Part shown: positions 25,301 through 38,339 of the stretch, piece by piece
How positions within the stretch are numbered: the stretch's first letter is position 1
Layout of the letters: every line of letters starts with the position of its first letter
DNA from: Squalus acanthias
Taxonomy: Eukaryota
Length of the DNA: 64,000 bases
Assembly (NCBI GenBank): GCA_030390025.1
Contig: JASTWF010000331.1
Span: 248,001 to 312,000, forward strand
Reading direction: 5' to 3'
Notes under the pieces: model-generated
The model's database searches: none
Told to the model about the DNA's origin: nothing
The model's input: only the letters and a program-made list of their open reading frames with translations
Position numbers and translations under genes: made by a program

Positions 25301-28300
25301 TCAAACTAATACAGCACCTCAAACTCATACAGCTCCTCAAACTAATACAGCCTTTCAGATTAATACAGTACCTCAAACTAATACAGCACCTCAAACTAAT
25401 ACAGCCCCTGAAACTAATACAGCCCCTCAAAGTAATACAGTACAAAAAACTAATACAGCATCTCAAACGAAAACAGCCCCTCAAACTATTACAGCTCCAC
25501 AAACTAATTCTGCCCGTCAAACTAATACAGCTCCTCAAACTAATTCAGTACATCAAACTAAGACAGCCCCTCAAATTAATACAGCACCTCAAACTAATAG
25601 AGCCCCTCAAACTAATACAGCCCCTAAAAAAAATACAGCCCCTCAAACTATTACAGCTCCACAAACTAATGCAGACCCTCAAACTAATACAGCCCCTCAA
25701 ACTAATGCTGCCCGTCAAACTAATACAGCCCCTCAAACTAATACAGCATTTCAAATTAATGCAGTACCTCAAACTAATACAGCACCTCAAAATAATACAG
25801 CCCCTCAAACTAATACAGTCCCTCAAACTAATACAGCCTTTCAAACTAATACAGTACCTCAAACTAATACAGCTCCTCAAACTAATACAGCCACTCAAAC
25901 TAATACAGACCCTCAAACTAATACAGTCCCTCAAATTAATACAGTACCTCAAACTAATACACCCCCTCAAACTAATACAGACCCTCAAACTATTACAGCA
26001 CCTCAAACTAATATAGCCCCTCAAATTAATACAGCCCCTCAAACTAATACAGCCCCTCAAACTAATACAGCCCCTCAAACTAATACAGCCCCTCAAACTA
26101 ATACAGACCCTCAAACTAATACAGACTCTCAAACAAATACAGTACCTCAAACTAGTACAGGCCCTCAAACTAATACAGTACCTCAAAGTAATACAGACCC
26201 TCAAACTAATACAGTACCTCAAAGTAATACAGTACATCAAACTAATAGAGACCCTCAAACTAATACAGACCCTCAAACTAATACAGACCCTCAAACAAAT
26301 ACAGTACCTCAAACTAATACAGACCCTCAAACTAATACAGTACCTCAAAGTAATACAGTACCTCAAACTAATAGAGCCCCTCAAACTAATACATTACCTC
26401 AAACTAATACAGACCCTCAAAATAATACAGCCCCTTAAATTAATACAGTACCTCAAACTAATATATGCCCTCAAACTAATACAGCCCTTCAAACTAATAC
26501 AGTACATCAAACTAGTACAGCTCCTCAAACTAATACAACCCCTCAAACTAATACAGCTCCACAAACTAATACAGCACCTCAAACTAATACAGCCTTTCAA
26601 ATTAATACAGTACCTCAAACTAATACAGCACCTCAAACTAATACAGCTCCTCAAACTAATACAGATCCTCAAACTAATACAGACCCTCAACCTAATACAG
26701 CCCCTTAAATTAATACAGTACCTCAAACTAATATATGCCCTCAAACTAATACAGACCCTCAAACTAATACAGCCCCTCAAACTAATACAGACCCTCAAAC
26801 TAATACAGCCTTTCAGATTAATACAGTACCTCAAACTAATACAGCACCTCAAACTAATACAGCCCCTCAAACTAATACAGCCCCTGAAACTAATACAGCC
26901 CCTCAAAGTAATACAGTACAAAAAACTAATACAGCATCTCAAACGAAAACAGCCCCTCAAACTATTACAGCTCCACAAACTAATTCTGCCCGTCAAACTA
27001 ATACAGCTCCTCAAACTAATTCAATACATCAAACTAAGACAGCCCCTCAAATTAATACAGCACCTCAAACTAATACAGCACCTCAAACTAATACAGCCCC
27101 TCAAACTAATAGAGCCCCTCAAAGTAATACAGCCCCTAAAAATAATACAGCCCCTCAAACTATTACAGCTCCACAAACTAATGCAGACCCTCAAACTAAT
27201 ACAGCCCCTCAAACTAATGCTGCCCGTCAAACTAATACAGCCCCTCAACCTAATACAGCTCCACAAACTAAGACAGCCCCTCAAACTAATACAGTCCCTC
27301 AAACTAATACAGTCCCTCAAACTAATACAGCCCCTCAAACAAATAGAGCCCCTCAAACTAATAGAGCCCCTCAAACTAATACAGCCCCTCAAACTAATAC
27401 AGCCCCTCAAAATAATACAGGCCCTCAAAATAATACAGCCTTTAAAACTAATACAGTACCTCAAACAAATACAGCCGCTCAAACTAATACAGACCCTCAA
27501 AATAATACAGCCACTCAAACTAATACATCAACTCAAACTAATACAGTACCTCAAACTAATACAGACTTTCAACCAAATACAGCTCCTCAAACTAATTCAG
27601 TACATCAAACTAAGACAGCCCCTCAAACTGATACAGCACCTCAAACTAATACAGCACCTCAAACTAATAGAGCCCCTCAAACTAATACAGACCCTCAAAA
27701 TAATACAGCCCCTCAAACTAATACAGACACTCAAACTAATGCAGACCATCAAACTAATACAATCCCTCAAACTAATACAGACCCTCAAACTAATACAGCT
27801 CCTCAAACTAATACGGCACCTCAAACTAATACAGCCCCTCAAACTAATACAGACCATCAAACTAATACAATCCCTCAAACTAATACAGACCCTCAAACTA
27901 ATACAGCTCCTCAAACTAATACAGACCCTCAAAATAATACAGCTCCTCAAACCAATACAGCTCCTCAAACTAATACAGACCCTCAAACTAATACAGCTCC
28001 TCAAACTAATACAGCAACTCAAACTAATACAGCCCCTGAAACTAATACAGACCCAAAACTAATACAGGCCCTCAAAATAATACAGGCCCTCAAAATAATA
28101 CAGCCTTTAAAACTAATACAGTACCTCAAACAAATACAGCCGCTCAAACTAATACAGACCCTCAAAATAATACAGACTTTCAACCAAATACAGCTCCTCA
28201 AACTAATTCAGTACATCAAACTAAGACAGCCCCTCAAACTAATACAGCACCTCAAACTAATACAGCACCTCAAACTAATAGAGCCCCTCAAACTAATACA

Positions 28301-31300
28301 GACCCTCAAACTAATACAACCCCTCAAACTAATACAGACACTCAAACTAATACAGCTCCTCAAACTAATACAGCACCTCAAACTAATACAGCCCCTCAAA
28401 CTAATACAGACCATCAAACTAATACAATCCCTGAAACTAATACAGACCCTCAAACTAATACAGCTACTCAAACTAATACAGCATTTCAAATTAATACAGT
28501 ACCTCAAACTAATACAGCACCTCAAACTAATACAGCCCCTCAAACTAATACAGTCCCTCAAACTAATACAGCCCCTCAAACTAATACAGCCCCTCAAACT
28601 AATACAGACCCTCAAACAAATACAGTACCTCAAACTAATACAGACCCTCAAACTAATACAGTACCTCAAACTAATACAGTACCTCAAACTAATAGAGCCC
28701 CTCAAACTAATACAGTACCTCCAACTAATACAGACCCTCAAACTAATACAGCCCCTCAAACGAATACATTATTCAAACTAATACAACCCCTCAAACTATA
28801 ACATTACCTCAAACTAATACAGACCCTCAAACTAATACAGCCCCTTAAATTAATACAGTACCTCAAACTAATAAAGGCCCTGAAACTAATACAGCCCTTC
28901 AAACTAATACAGTACATAAAACTAGTACAGCTCCTCAAACTAATACAACCCCTCAAACTAATACAGCTCCTCAAACTGATACAGCCCCTCAAACTAATAC
29001 AGTACCTCAAACTATTACAGGCCCTTAAACTAATACAGTACGTTAAACTAATACAGCTCCTCATACTAATACAGCTCCTCAAACTAATACAGAACCTCAA
29101 ACTAATACAGCCCCACAAAATAATACAGACCCTCAAACTAATACAGCCCCTCAAACTAATACAGCCCCTCAAACTAATACAGTCCTCAAACTAATACAGC
29201 CCCTCAAACTAATACAGCCCCTCAAACTAATACAGCTCCTCAAACTAATTCATTACATCAAACTAAGACAGCCCCTCAAACTAACAGCACCTCAAACTAA
29301 TACAGCACCTCAAACTAATGCAGCCCCTCCAACTAATACAGCACCTCAAACTAATACTGTGCCTCAAACTAATAAAGTACCTCAAACAAATACAGCTCCT
29401 CAAACTAATACAGCCAGCCAAACTGATACAGCACCTCAAACTGATTCAGACCCTCAAACTAATACAGAACCTCAAACTAATACAGCCCCACAAAATAATA
29501 CAGACCCTCAAACTAATACAGCCCCTCAAACTAATACAGCCCCTCAAACTAATACAGTCCTCAAACTAATACAGCCCCTCAAACTAATACAGCCCCTCAA
29601 ACTAATACAGCTCCTCAAACTAATTCATTACATCAAACTAAGACAGCCCCTCAAACTAACAGCACCTCAAACTAATACAGCACCTCAAACTAATGCAGCC
29701 CCTCCAACTAATACAGCACCTCAAACTAATACTGTGCCTCAAACTAAGACAGCCCCTCAAACTAACAGCACCTCAAACTAATACAGCCCCACAAACTAAT
29801 GCAGCTCCTCAAACTAATACAGCCCCTCAAACTAATACAGACCCTCAAACTAATACAGTCCCTCAAACTAATACAGCCTTTCAAACTAATACAATACCTC
29901 AAACTAAGACAGCACCTCAAACTAATACAGTCCATCAAAGTAATACAGTCCCTCAAACTAATACAGCCCGTCAAACTAATACAGCCCGTCAAACTATTAC
30001 AGCCCCTCAAACTAATACAGCCCCTCAAACTAATACAGCCCCTCAAACTAATACAGACCCTCAAACTAATACAGACTTGCAAACTAATACAGCCCCTCAA
30101 AATAATACAGCCCCTCAATCTAATACAGCCCCTCAAACTAATACAGCCCCTCAAACTAATACAGACCCTCAAACTAATACAGTCCCTCAAACTAATACAG
30201 CCTTCTAACTAATACAATACCTCAAACTAAGACAGCACCTCAAACTAATACAGACCATCAAACTAATACAGATCCTCAAACTAATACAGCCCCTCAAACT
30301 AATACAGATCTTCAAACTAATACAGCCCCTCAAACTATTACAGCCCCTCAAACTAATACAGATCCTCAAACTAATACAGCCCCTCAAACTAATACAGCCC
30401 CTCAAACTAATACAGCCCCTCAAACTAATACAGCCCCTCAAACTAATACAGCCCCTCAAACTAATACAGCCCCTCAAACTAATACAGCCCCTCAAACTAA
30501 TACAGCCCCTCAAACTATTACAGCCCCTCAAACTAATACAGATCCTCAAACTAATACAGCCTTGCAAACTAATACAGGCCCTCAAAATAATACAGCCCCT
30601 CAATCTAATACAGCCCCTCAAACTAATACAGCCCCTCAAACTAATACAGCACCTCAAACTAATATATCCCCTCAAATTAATACAGCCCCTGAAACTAATA
30701 CAGCCCCTCAAACTAATACAGCCCCTCAAACTAATACAGACCCTCAAACAAATACAGTACCTCAAACTAATACAGTACCTCCAACTAATACAGACACTCA
30801 AACTAATACAGCCCCACAAACTAATACAGATCCTCAAACTAATACAGCCCCTCAAACTAATACAGATCCTCAAACTAATACAGCCCCTCAAACTAATACA
30901 GATCCTCAAACTAATACAGCCCCTCAAACTATTACAGCCCCTCAAACTAATACAGATCCTCAAACTAATACAGCCCCTCAAACTAATACAGCCCCTCAAA
31001 CTAATACAGCCCCTCAAACTAATACAGCCCCTCAAACTAATACAGCCCCTCAAACTAATACAGCCCCTCAAACTAATACAGCCCCTCAAACTAATACAGC
31101 CCCTCAAACTAATACAGCCCCTCAAACTAATACAGCCCCTCAAACTATTACAGCCCCTCAAACTAATACAGATCCTCAAACTAATACAGCCTTGCAAACT
31201 AATACAGGCCCTCAAAATAATACAGCCCCTCAATCTAATACAGCCCCTCAAACTAATACAGCCCCTCAAACTAATACAGCACCTCAAACTAATATATCCC

Positions 31301-34300
31301 CTCAAATTAATACAGCCCCTGAAACTAATACAGCCCCTCAAACTAATACAGCCCCTCAAACTAATACAGACCCTCAAACAAATACAGTACCTCAAACTAA
31401 TACAGCACCTCAAACTAATGCAGCCCCTCCAACTAATACAGCACCTCAAACTAATACTGTGCCTCAAACTAAGACAGCCCCTCAAACTAACAGCACCTCA
31501 AACTAATACAGCCCCACAAACTAATGCAGCTCCTCAAACTAATACAGCCCCTCAAACTAATACAGACCCTCAAACTAATACAGTCCCTCAAACTAATACA
31601 GCCTTTCAAACTAATACAATACCTCAAACTAAGACAGCACCTCAAACTAATACAGTCCATCAAAGTAATACAGTCCCTCAAACTAATACAGCCCGTCAAA
31701 CTAATACAGCCCGTCAAACTATTACAGCCCCTCAAACTAATACAGCCCCTCAAACTAATACAGCCCCTCAAACTAATACAGACCCTCAAACTAATACAGA
31801 CTTGCAAACTAATACAGCCCCTCAAAATAATACAGCCCCTCAATCTAATACAGCCCCTCAAACTAATACAGCCCCTCAAACTAATACAGACCCTCAAACT
31901 AATACAGTCCCTCAAACTAATACAGCCTTTCTAACTAATACAATACCTCAAACTAAGACAGCACCTCAAACTAATACAGACCATCAAACTAATACAGATC
32001 CTCAAACTAATACAGCCCCTCAAACTAATACAGATCCTCAAACTAATACAGCCCCTCAAACTATTACAGCCCCTCAAACTAATACAGATCCTCAAACTAA
32101 TACAGCCCCTCAAACTAATACAGCCCCTCAAACTAATACAGCCCCTCAAACTAATACAGCCCCTCAAACTAATACAGCCCCTCAAACTAATACAGCCCCT
32201 CAAACTAATACAGCCCCTCAAACTAATACAGCCCCTCAAACTAATACAGCCCCTCAAACTATTACAGCCCCTCAAACTAATACAGATCCTCAAACTAATA
32301 CAGCCTTGCAAACTAATACAGGCCCTCAAAATAATACAGCCCCTCAATCTAATACAGCCCCTCAAACTAATACAGCCCCTCAAACTAATACAGCACCTCA
32401 AACTAATATATCCCCTCAAATTAATACAGCCCCTGAAACTAATACAGCCCCTCAAACTAATACAGCCCCTCAAACTAATACAGACCCTCAAACAAATACA
32501 GTACCTCAAACTAATACAGTACCTCCAACTAATACAGACACTCAAACTAATACAGCCCCACAAACTAATACAGATCCTCAAACTAATACAGCCCCTCAAA
32601 CTAATACAGATCCTCAAACTAATACAGCCCCTCAAACTAATACAGATCCTCAAACTAATACAGCCCCTCAAACTATTACAGCCCCTCAAACTAATACAGA
32701 TCCTCAAACTAATACAGCCCCTCAAACTAATACAGCCCCTCAAACTAATACAGCCCCTCAAACTAATACAGCCCCTCAAACTAATACAGCCCCTCAAACT
32801 AATACAGCCCCTCAAACTAATACAGCCCCTCAAGCTAATACAGCCCCTCAAACTAATACAGCCCCTCAAACTAATACAGCCCCTCAAACTAATACAGCCC
32901 CTCAAACTATTACAGCCCCTCAAACTAATACAGATCCTCAAACTAATACAGCCTTGCAAACTAATACAGGCCCTCAAAATAATACAGCCCCTCAATCTAA
33001 TACAGCCCCTCAAACTAATACAGCCCCTCAAACTAATACAGCACCTCAAACTAATATATCCCCTCAAATTAATACAGCCCCTGAAACTAATACAGCCCCT
33101 CAAACTAATACAGCCCCTCAAACTAATACAGACCCTCAAACAAATACAGTACCTCAAACTAATACAGTACCTCAAACTAATAGAGCCCCTCAAACTAATA
33201 CAGTACCTCCAACTAATACAGACACTCAAACTAATACAGCCCCTCAAACGAATACAGTACTCAAACTAATACAACCCCTCAAACTAATACATTACCTCAA
33301 ACTAATACAGACCCTCAAACTAATACAGCCCCTTAAATTAATACAGTACCTCAAACTAATAAAGGCCCTGAAACTAATACAGACCTTCAAACTAATACAG
33401 TACATAAAACTAGTACAGCTCCTCAAACTAATACAACCCCTCAAACTAATACAGCTCCTCAAACTAATACAGTACCTCAAACTATTACAGGCCCTTAAAC
33501 TAATACAGTACGTTAAACTAATACAGCTCCTCATACTAATACAGCTCCTCAAACTAATACAGAACCTCAAACTAATACAGCCCCACAAAATAATACAGAC
33601 CCTCAAACTAATACAGCCCCTCAAACTAATACAGCCCCTCAAACTAATACAGACCTCAAACTAATACAGCCCCTCAAACTAATACAGCCCCTCAAACTAA
33701 TACAGCTCCTCAAGCTAATTCATTACATCAAACTAAGACAGCCCCTCAAACTAACACAGCACCTCAAACTAATACAGCACCTCAAACTAATGCAGCCCCT
33801 CCAACTAATACAGCACCTCAAACTAATACTGTACCTCAAACTAATAAAGTACCTCAAACAAATACAGCTCCTCAAACTAATACAGCCCCTCAAACTAATA
33901 CTGCCCCTCAAACTGATACAGCCAGCCAAACTGATACAGCACCTCAAACTGATTCAGACCCTCAAACTGATACAGACCCTCAAACTAATACAGTACCTCA
34001 AACTAATACAGCCTTTCAAACTAATACAATACCTCAAACTAAGACAGCACCTCAAACTAATACAGACCATCAAAGTAATACAGTCCCTCAAACTAATACA
34101 GCCCGTCAAACTAATACAGTCCCTCAAACTAATACAGCCTTTCAAACTAATACAATACCTCAAACTAAGACAGCACCTCAAACTAATACAGACCATCAAA
34201 CTCATACAGTCCCTCAAACTAATACAGCCCGTCAAACTAATACAGCCCCTCAAACTAATACAGCCCCTCAAACTAATACAGCCCCTCAAACTAATACAGC

Positions 34301-34658
34301 CCTGCAAACTAATACAGCCCCTCAAAATAATACAGCCCCTCAAACTAATACAGCCCCTCAAACTATTACAGCCCCTCAAACTAATACAGATCCTCAAACT
34401 AATACAGCCCCTCAAACTAATACAGCCCCTCAAACTAATACAGCCCTGCAAACTAATACAGCCCCTCAAAATAATACAGCCCCTCAAACTAATACAGCCC
34501 CTCAAACTATTACAGCCCCTCAAACTAATACAGATCCTCAAACTAATACAGCCTTGCAAACTAATACAGCCCCTCAAAATAATACAGCCCCTCAATCTAA
34601 TACAGCCCCTCAAACTAATACAGCCCCTCAAACTAATACAGCACCTCAAACTAATACA
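19338..34658 (+). repeat. 18-bp satellite, consensus CCTCAAACTAATACAGNN, ~850 copies
   Basis: Continuous 18-nt periodicity over ~15.3 kb (copy number = length/18), with occasional 16-17-nt monomers. Confidence 0.99.
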
Positions 34659-34915
34659 TCACCTTGTTGAGGCTGCCGCGAAACAAGAATTAAGGCTGAA
34701 TCCATGTGTGGAAAACAAGAGACATTTTAATACAACTGCATGGTGCAAAATGACTGCTCCCAGAATTCGCTTGAAAAACCCTGAGGCCCCGCCCACTCCT
34801 GCCTTAAAGGTAAGGTGCCTTAAAGGGAAGGTGTTCGATATATTGTCCACAGACGGAATAGTGGATAATGCTCCTTTAGGTGGCGATCCGCCACACAGCT
34901 CAACCCAGAATCCGC

Positions 34916-35780
34916 TTAGGAGGTGTGGACGAGACGGTGCAGTTGTCTGATGGGCCGGCCGGAGCGGCTCTTGTAGGACGCCGGTGGATGTGGAACGGCC
35001 GGGCGTGGAGCAGATGCGTGAACCGGCTTGAGGGCAGGTCGGCCGCGTGGAAGGGGATGAGCTACAGTGACCTGCTCACCGGGCTCCGAGTGTGCTGGCT
35101 TGAGTCGGTCAACCGACACTTTTTCGGTCCTGTCGCCCACTTGCAGGGTGAAAAATTTGTCCCCAGCCTGTAGCACCTTGTAGGGCCCGTCGTACGGGGG
35201 TTGAAGAGGTCTGCGGTGGGCGTCGTGCCAGATGAAAACAAACCGTGCCTGGTGCAGGCTTAGTGGGACATGTGAGGTGGATTCGCAATGTCGGGCAATG
35301 GGCACCACGGTGAACTGCAGCGCCGGTGAGGCGAAGTCGTGGCGTTGCTGGTCGGCTGACCAGGGTGTCGTGGCAGTGGGCAGGAACTCGCCGTGTACGC
35401 GCAGCGGCTGACCGTACAGGAGCTCTGCTGCCGATGCGTGGAGGTCTTCTTTAACCACAGTGCACAGGCCGAGGAGGACCCACGGAAGTCGGTCGGTCCA
35501 GGTGCCATCTTGGAGGCTGGCTCGAAGAGATGCCTTCAAGGATCTGTGGAACCGCTCACACAGTCCGTTGGCTTAGGGGTGGTATGCTGTGGTGTGGTGA
35601 ATGGTCACCCCGAGATTGCGTGCGACAGCTGGTCCAGAGTTCAGAGGTAAATTGCGGACCTCTGTCCGACGTCATGTCGGAGGGGACGCCGAACCGTGCG
35701 ACCCAGGTGCTGATGAAGGCTCTGGCGATGTCGGCGGTGGTGGTAGAGGTCAGTGGAATTGCCTCAGGCCAGCGTGTGGA
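34916..35780 (-). pseudogene. Gypsy integrase fragment, frameshifted
   Basis: STRWPEAIPL..WVARFGVPSDMTSDRGPQFTSELW; WTDRLPWVLLGL..SAAELLYGQPLR; LQPPYDGPYKVL..VSVDRLKPA. Confidence 0.9.
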
Positions 35781-36147
35781 AGAGGGATCCGGATGTGCTC
35801 TCGTCAGTGAGGGAGAGCATGTGGGAGAGGAGGTCTGACGGTGAGGTATCACCGAGGCCTGGAAGGTCGAGGAGGTGGCAGTTTCGCTGATATGCCGAGG
35901 CCGTAAATTTTTGAAGGAGCACTGTCCTGAGATGTGCGTACTTGCCTTCCTCTGGTGGGTTCTGCAGCGTTGTCCAAACCTTGGAAACTGCGGCGCTACC
36001 GAGTGATGTGACGAGATAGTCGTACTTGGTCACATCTGTGGTGATATTTCGCAGCCGGAATAGGGATTCGGCTTGGAGAAACCAGGCTTCGGGCTGGTTT
36101 TCCCAAAACTCCGGCAGTTTCACGGAAACTGCGTTCGTGTCCGCCAT
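35764..36147 (-). pseudogene. gag: Gypsy Gag N-terminal fragment
   Basis: MADTNAVSVKLPEFWENQPEAWFLQAESLFRLRNITTDVTKYDYLVTSL...LGDTSPSDLLSHM. Confidence 0.8.
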
Positions 36148-36413
36148 TGCAGTGCTCGGAATACGTTCTGAGCATCGGGGTAACCAATGTTGAGGCTGCC
36201 GCGAAACACGAATGGAGGTTGAATCCAAATGTGGAAAACAAGAAACTTTAATTCACTGCATGGCACACAAAATGGCTGAGACTGAAAAGCTCCCAGAATT
36301 CTCTGGGTAAAACCTGAGGCCCCGCCCCCTTCTGCCTTAAAGGGAAGAGGCTGGAAATTTGTCCACAGACGGGAAGAGTGGATTATGCCCGTTTTAGGTG
36401 GTGATCCGCCACA

Positions 36414-37880
36414 AGATACAGAAAAGTGTATTTTTGGTTTTAATTTTCCAACACGGCATTGATTCCTCTGAAGGCTGGCCAGGGTGTGTGTTTGTGTGTG
36501 TGAATGAGAGAGAGAGAAGGAGAGAGCAAAAGCTGGTGTTTGTGTGAGATGTGGACTGCTGTCTTATTAACTGCTGTTGTTGTATTAAACCCGATTGATT
36601 TCATTCTTACCTGGTCCACAGGTAATGCTGCTGTGTGTCACTTTATTGCACTTTATTTCACTTCACTTCACTTCAAGACAGACAGTCAGTCAGTGAGATA
36701 CTGAAAAATGTCTTTTGTGGACAGTCTGACAATAAAAACTGCTCTGGGATCTTTGCATTTTTTTTATTCCACTCCACTCAAATCAAGACAAGGCAGGCAG
36801 GCAATGAGACAGACACATGAAATTAAGACAACAGGCAAAATAGAAATCAAAACAGAAAATGCTGTAAATACTCAGCAGGTCAGGCAGCGTCTGTGGAGAG
36901 AGGGAGAAACATAGTTAACGTTCCAGTTCGATGACCTGTCATCAGAAACTTGCCAGAATCTGACAAAAGGTCATCAAGCTGAATTAAACCTGTTTCTCTC
37001 TCTCTCCACAGATGCTGCCTGACCTGATTATTTGCAGCATTTTCTGTTTTAATTTCAGATTTCCAGCATCCGCAGTATTTTGCTTTTGATGCAGAATAGA
37101 AAGCCTAATTCTGTAGGCAGCAAAATGAAAAATTAAGATACGGGAAAGTGTTTTTTTCTACTTTTAAACTGCCAAACACAGCAGAGCAATGAGAGAAATC
37201 AACTTTCTTTCATTGCTGACAGTGTTGTGTGGCGATTTTGCAGGCTGCCCTGTGTTTGTGTGTGTCTATGTGTGTGAGAGAGAGACAGAGAGCAAAAGCT
37301 GGTGTGTATGCAGGGCTTGTCTGTGTTCAATTTATCTGCCGTGTGCATTGGTATTGCATCTCATGTCTGAATAAAACAGAAAGTATACACCATTAGATCA
37401 TGCTGATTTCATTCCAGACCGCACTGCTGTGGAAACTTACTTTGCCTTTCTTTCAAGACTTGAAAAAATCAAAGCTACATATATACAACAAGCCATTTGA
37501 TTTTTTTCTTGGCTGGACTTTATTGGGGAATGTTTGTGGGAAGTGTCAGAGCATATCCTGCTGTGGGACCTTGCTCTCCCTTTAACTCCCAACCCAACTA
37601 AGACAAGGCAAGACCTTTGTAAAAACAAAGTATATATATGTTATATTTATTTTATTATTGTTTTCAGAATAATCCAATTGCTGTTTTTCGGGTCTGGGCT
37701 CTTTTGGGGAAGGTTTGTGGAGTGTTTTCAGAGCAAAAGCTGCTGTGGGATCTTTCCATTCATTTTATTCCACTCCACTCAAATCACGGAACGCAGACAA
37801 TTCATTTACAGAAGTAAAGAACATATGTTATTATTATTTTTATTATTTATTCTTGATTGTATTTGCTTCTTTTCACCCTC
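36414..37880. repeat. Additional, more diverged macrosatellite unit
   Basis: Collinear with the units at 8595-10380, including the palindrome and the CCATTAGATCA anchor (~37390). Confidence 0.9.
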
Positions 37881-38174
37881 ACTCCATGCCCATCTCTTGG
37901 GGCGTCAATTACCCCCTACATGCATTTCACCCCCTCCAATCCCCCAGCCCCTATTGGTCCTGAGCTCCACTTTCGCTCACTCACAACAGGAGCCGAGCTG
38001 GCGAGCTGCAGCCGCCATTCCTTCCTTCCTTCCTTCCTGCACCATGTGCTGCCTGCCTGGGTATGTGTGAGCAGCAGCACAGCCTGTTAGAGGCTCCAGA
38101 CAATGGCACAAAGCAGCGGGCGGGACCCCATCCTGCAACACAAGTGGAGCCCATTTAAATCACAGTCCACCGCA

Positions 38175-38328
38175 AAGCGCAATTATACTGCAAAGTGCTA
38201 TTCCATTGCAAAGTGCTATTCCATTGTAAAGGACTATTATGTTGCAAGTTGCTATTTCATTGCAAAGGACTATTATATTGAAATGATCTATTCCATTGTA
38301 AAGTGCTATTCCATTGCAAAGGACAATA
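38175..38328. repeat. 18-bp minisatellite (CAAAGTGCTATTCCATTG); inverted copy ~59850-60050
   Basis: About 8 imperfect tandem copies are visible. Confidence 0.8.
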
Positions 38329-38339
38329 ATAAAATTATA

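Larger units (their letters stand above)
34665..36413 (-). mobile_element. Gypsy LTR retrotransposon remnant (LTR-gag fragment-integrase fragment-LTR)
   Basis: TG..CA direct repeats at 34665-34895 and 36188-36413. PBS-like TGGTTACCCCGATG on the minus strand next to 36188 (tRNA-Trp-like). Gag and integrase motifs are present; PR/RT/RNaseH are absent. Confidence 0.92.

Noticed and set aside
19338..34658. CRISPR-like or telomeric array
   Set aside because: No unique spacers, no cas genes, vertebrate context; the monomer is not TTAGGG-based.
19204..34950. Long ORFs (PQTNTA / LKLIQP / CISLRG repeats, up to 748 aa) as mucin, antifreeze or LRR proteins
   Set aside because: By-products of an 18-nt (3n) period: open in several frames and on both strands, broken by frameshifting monomers, with no unique domains or splice context.
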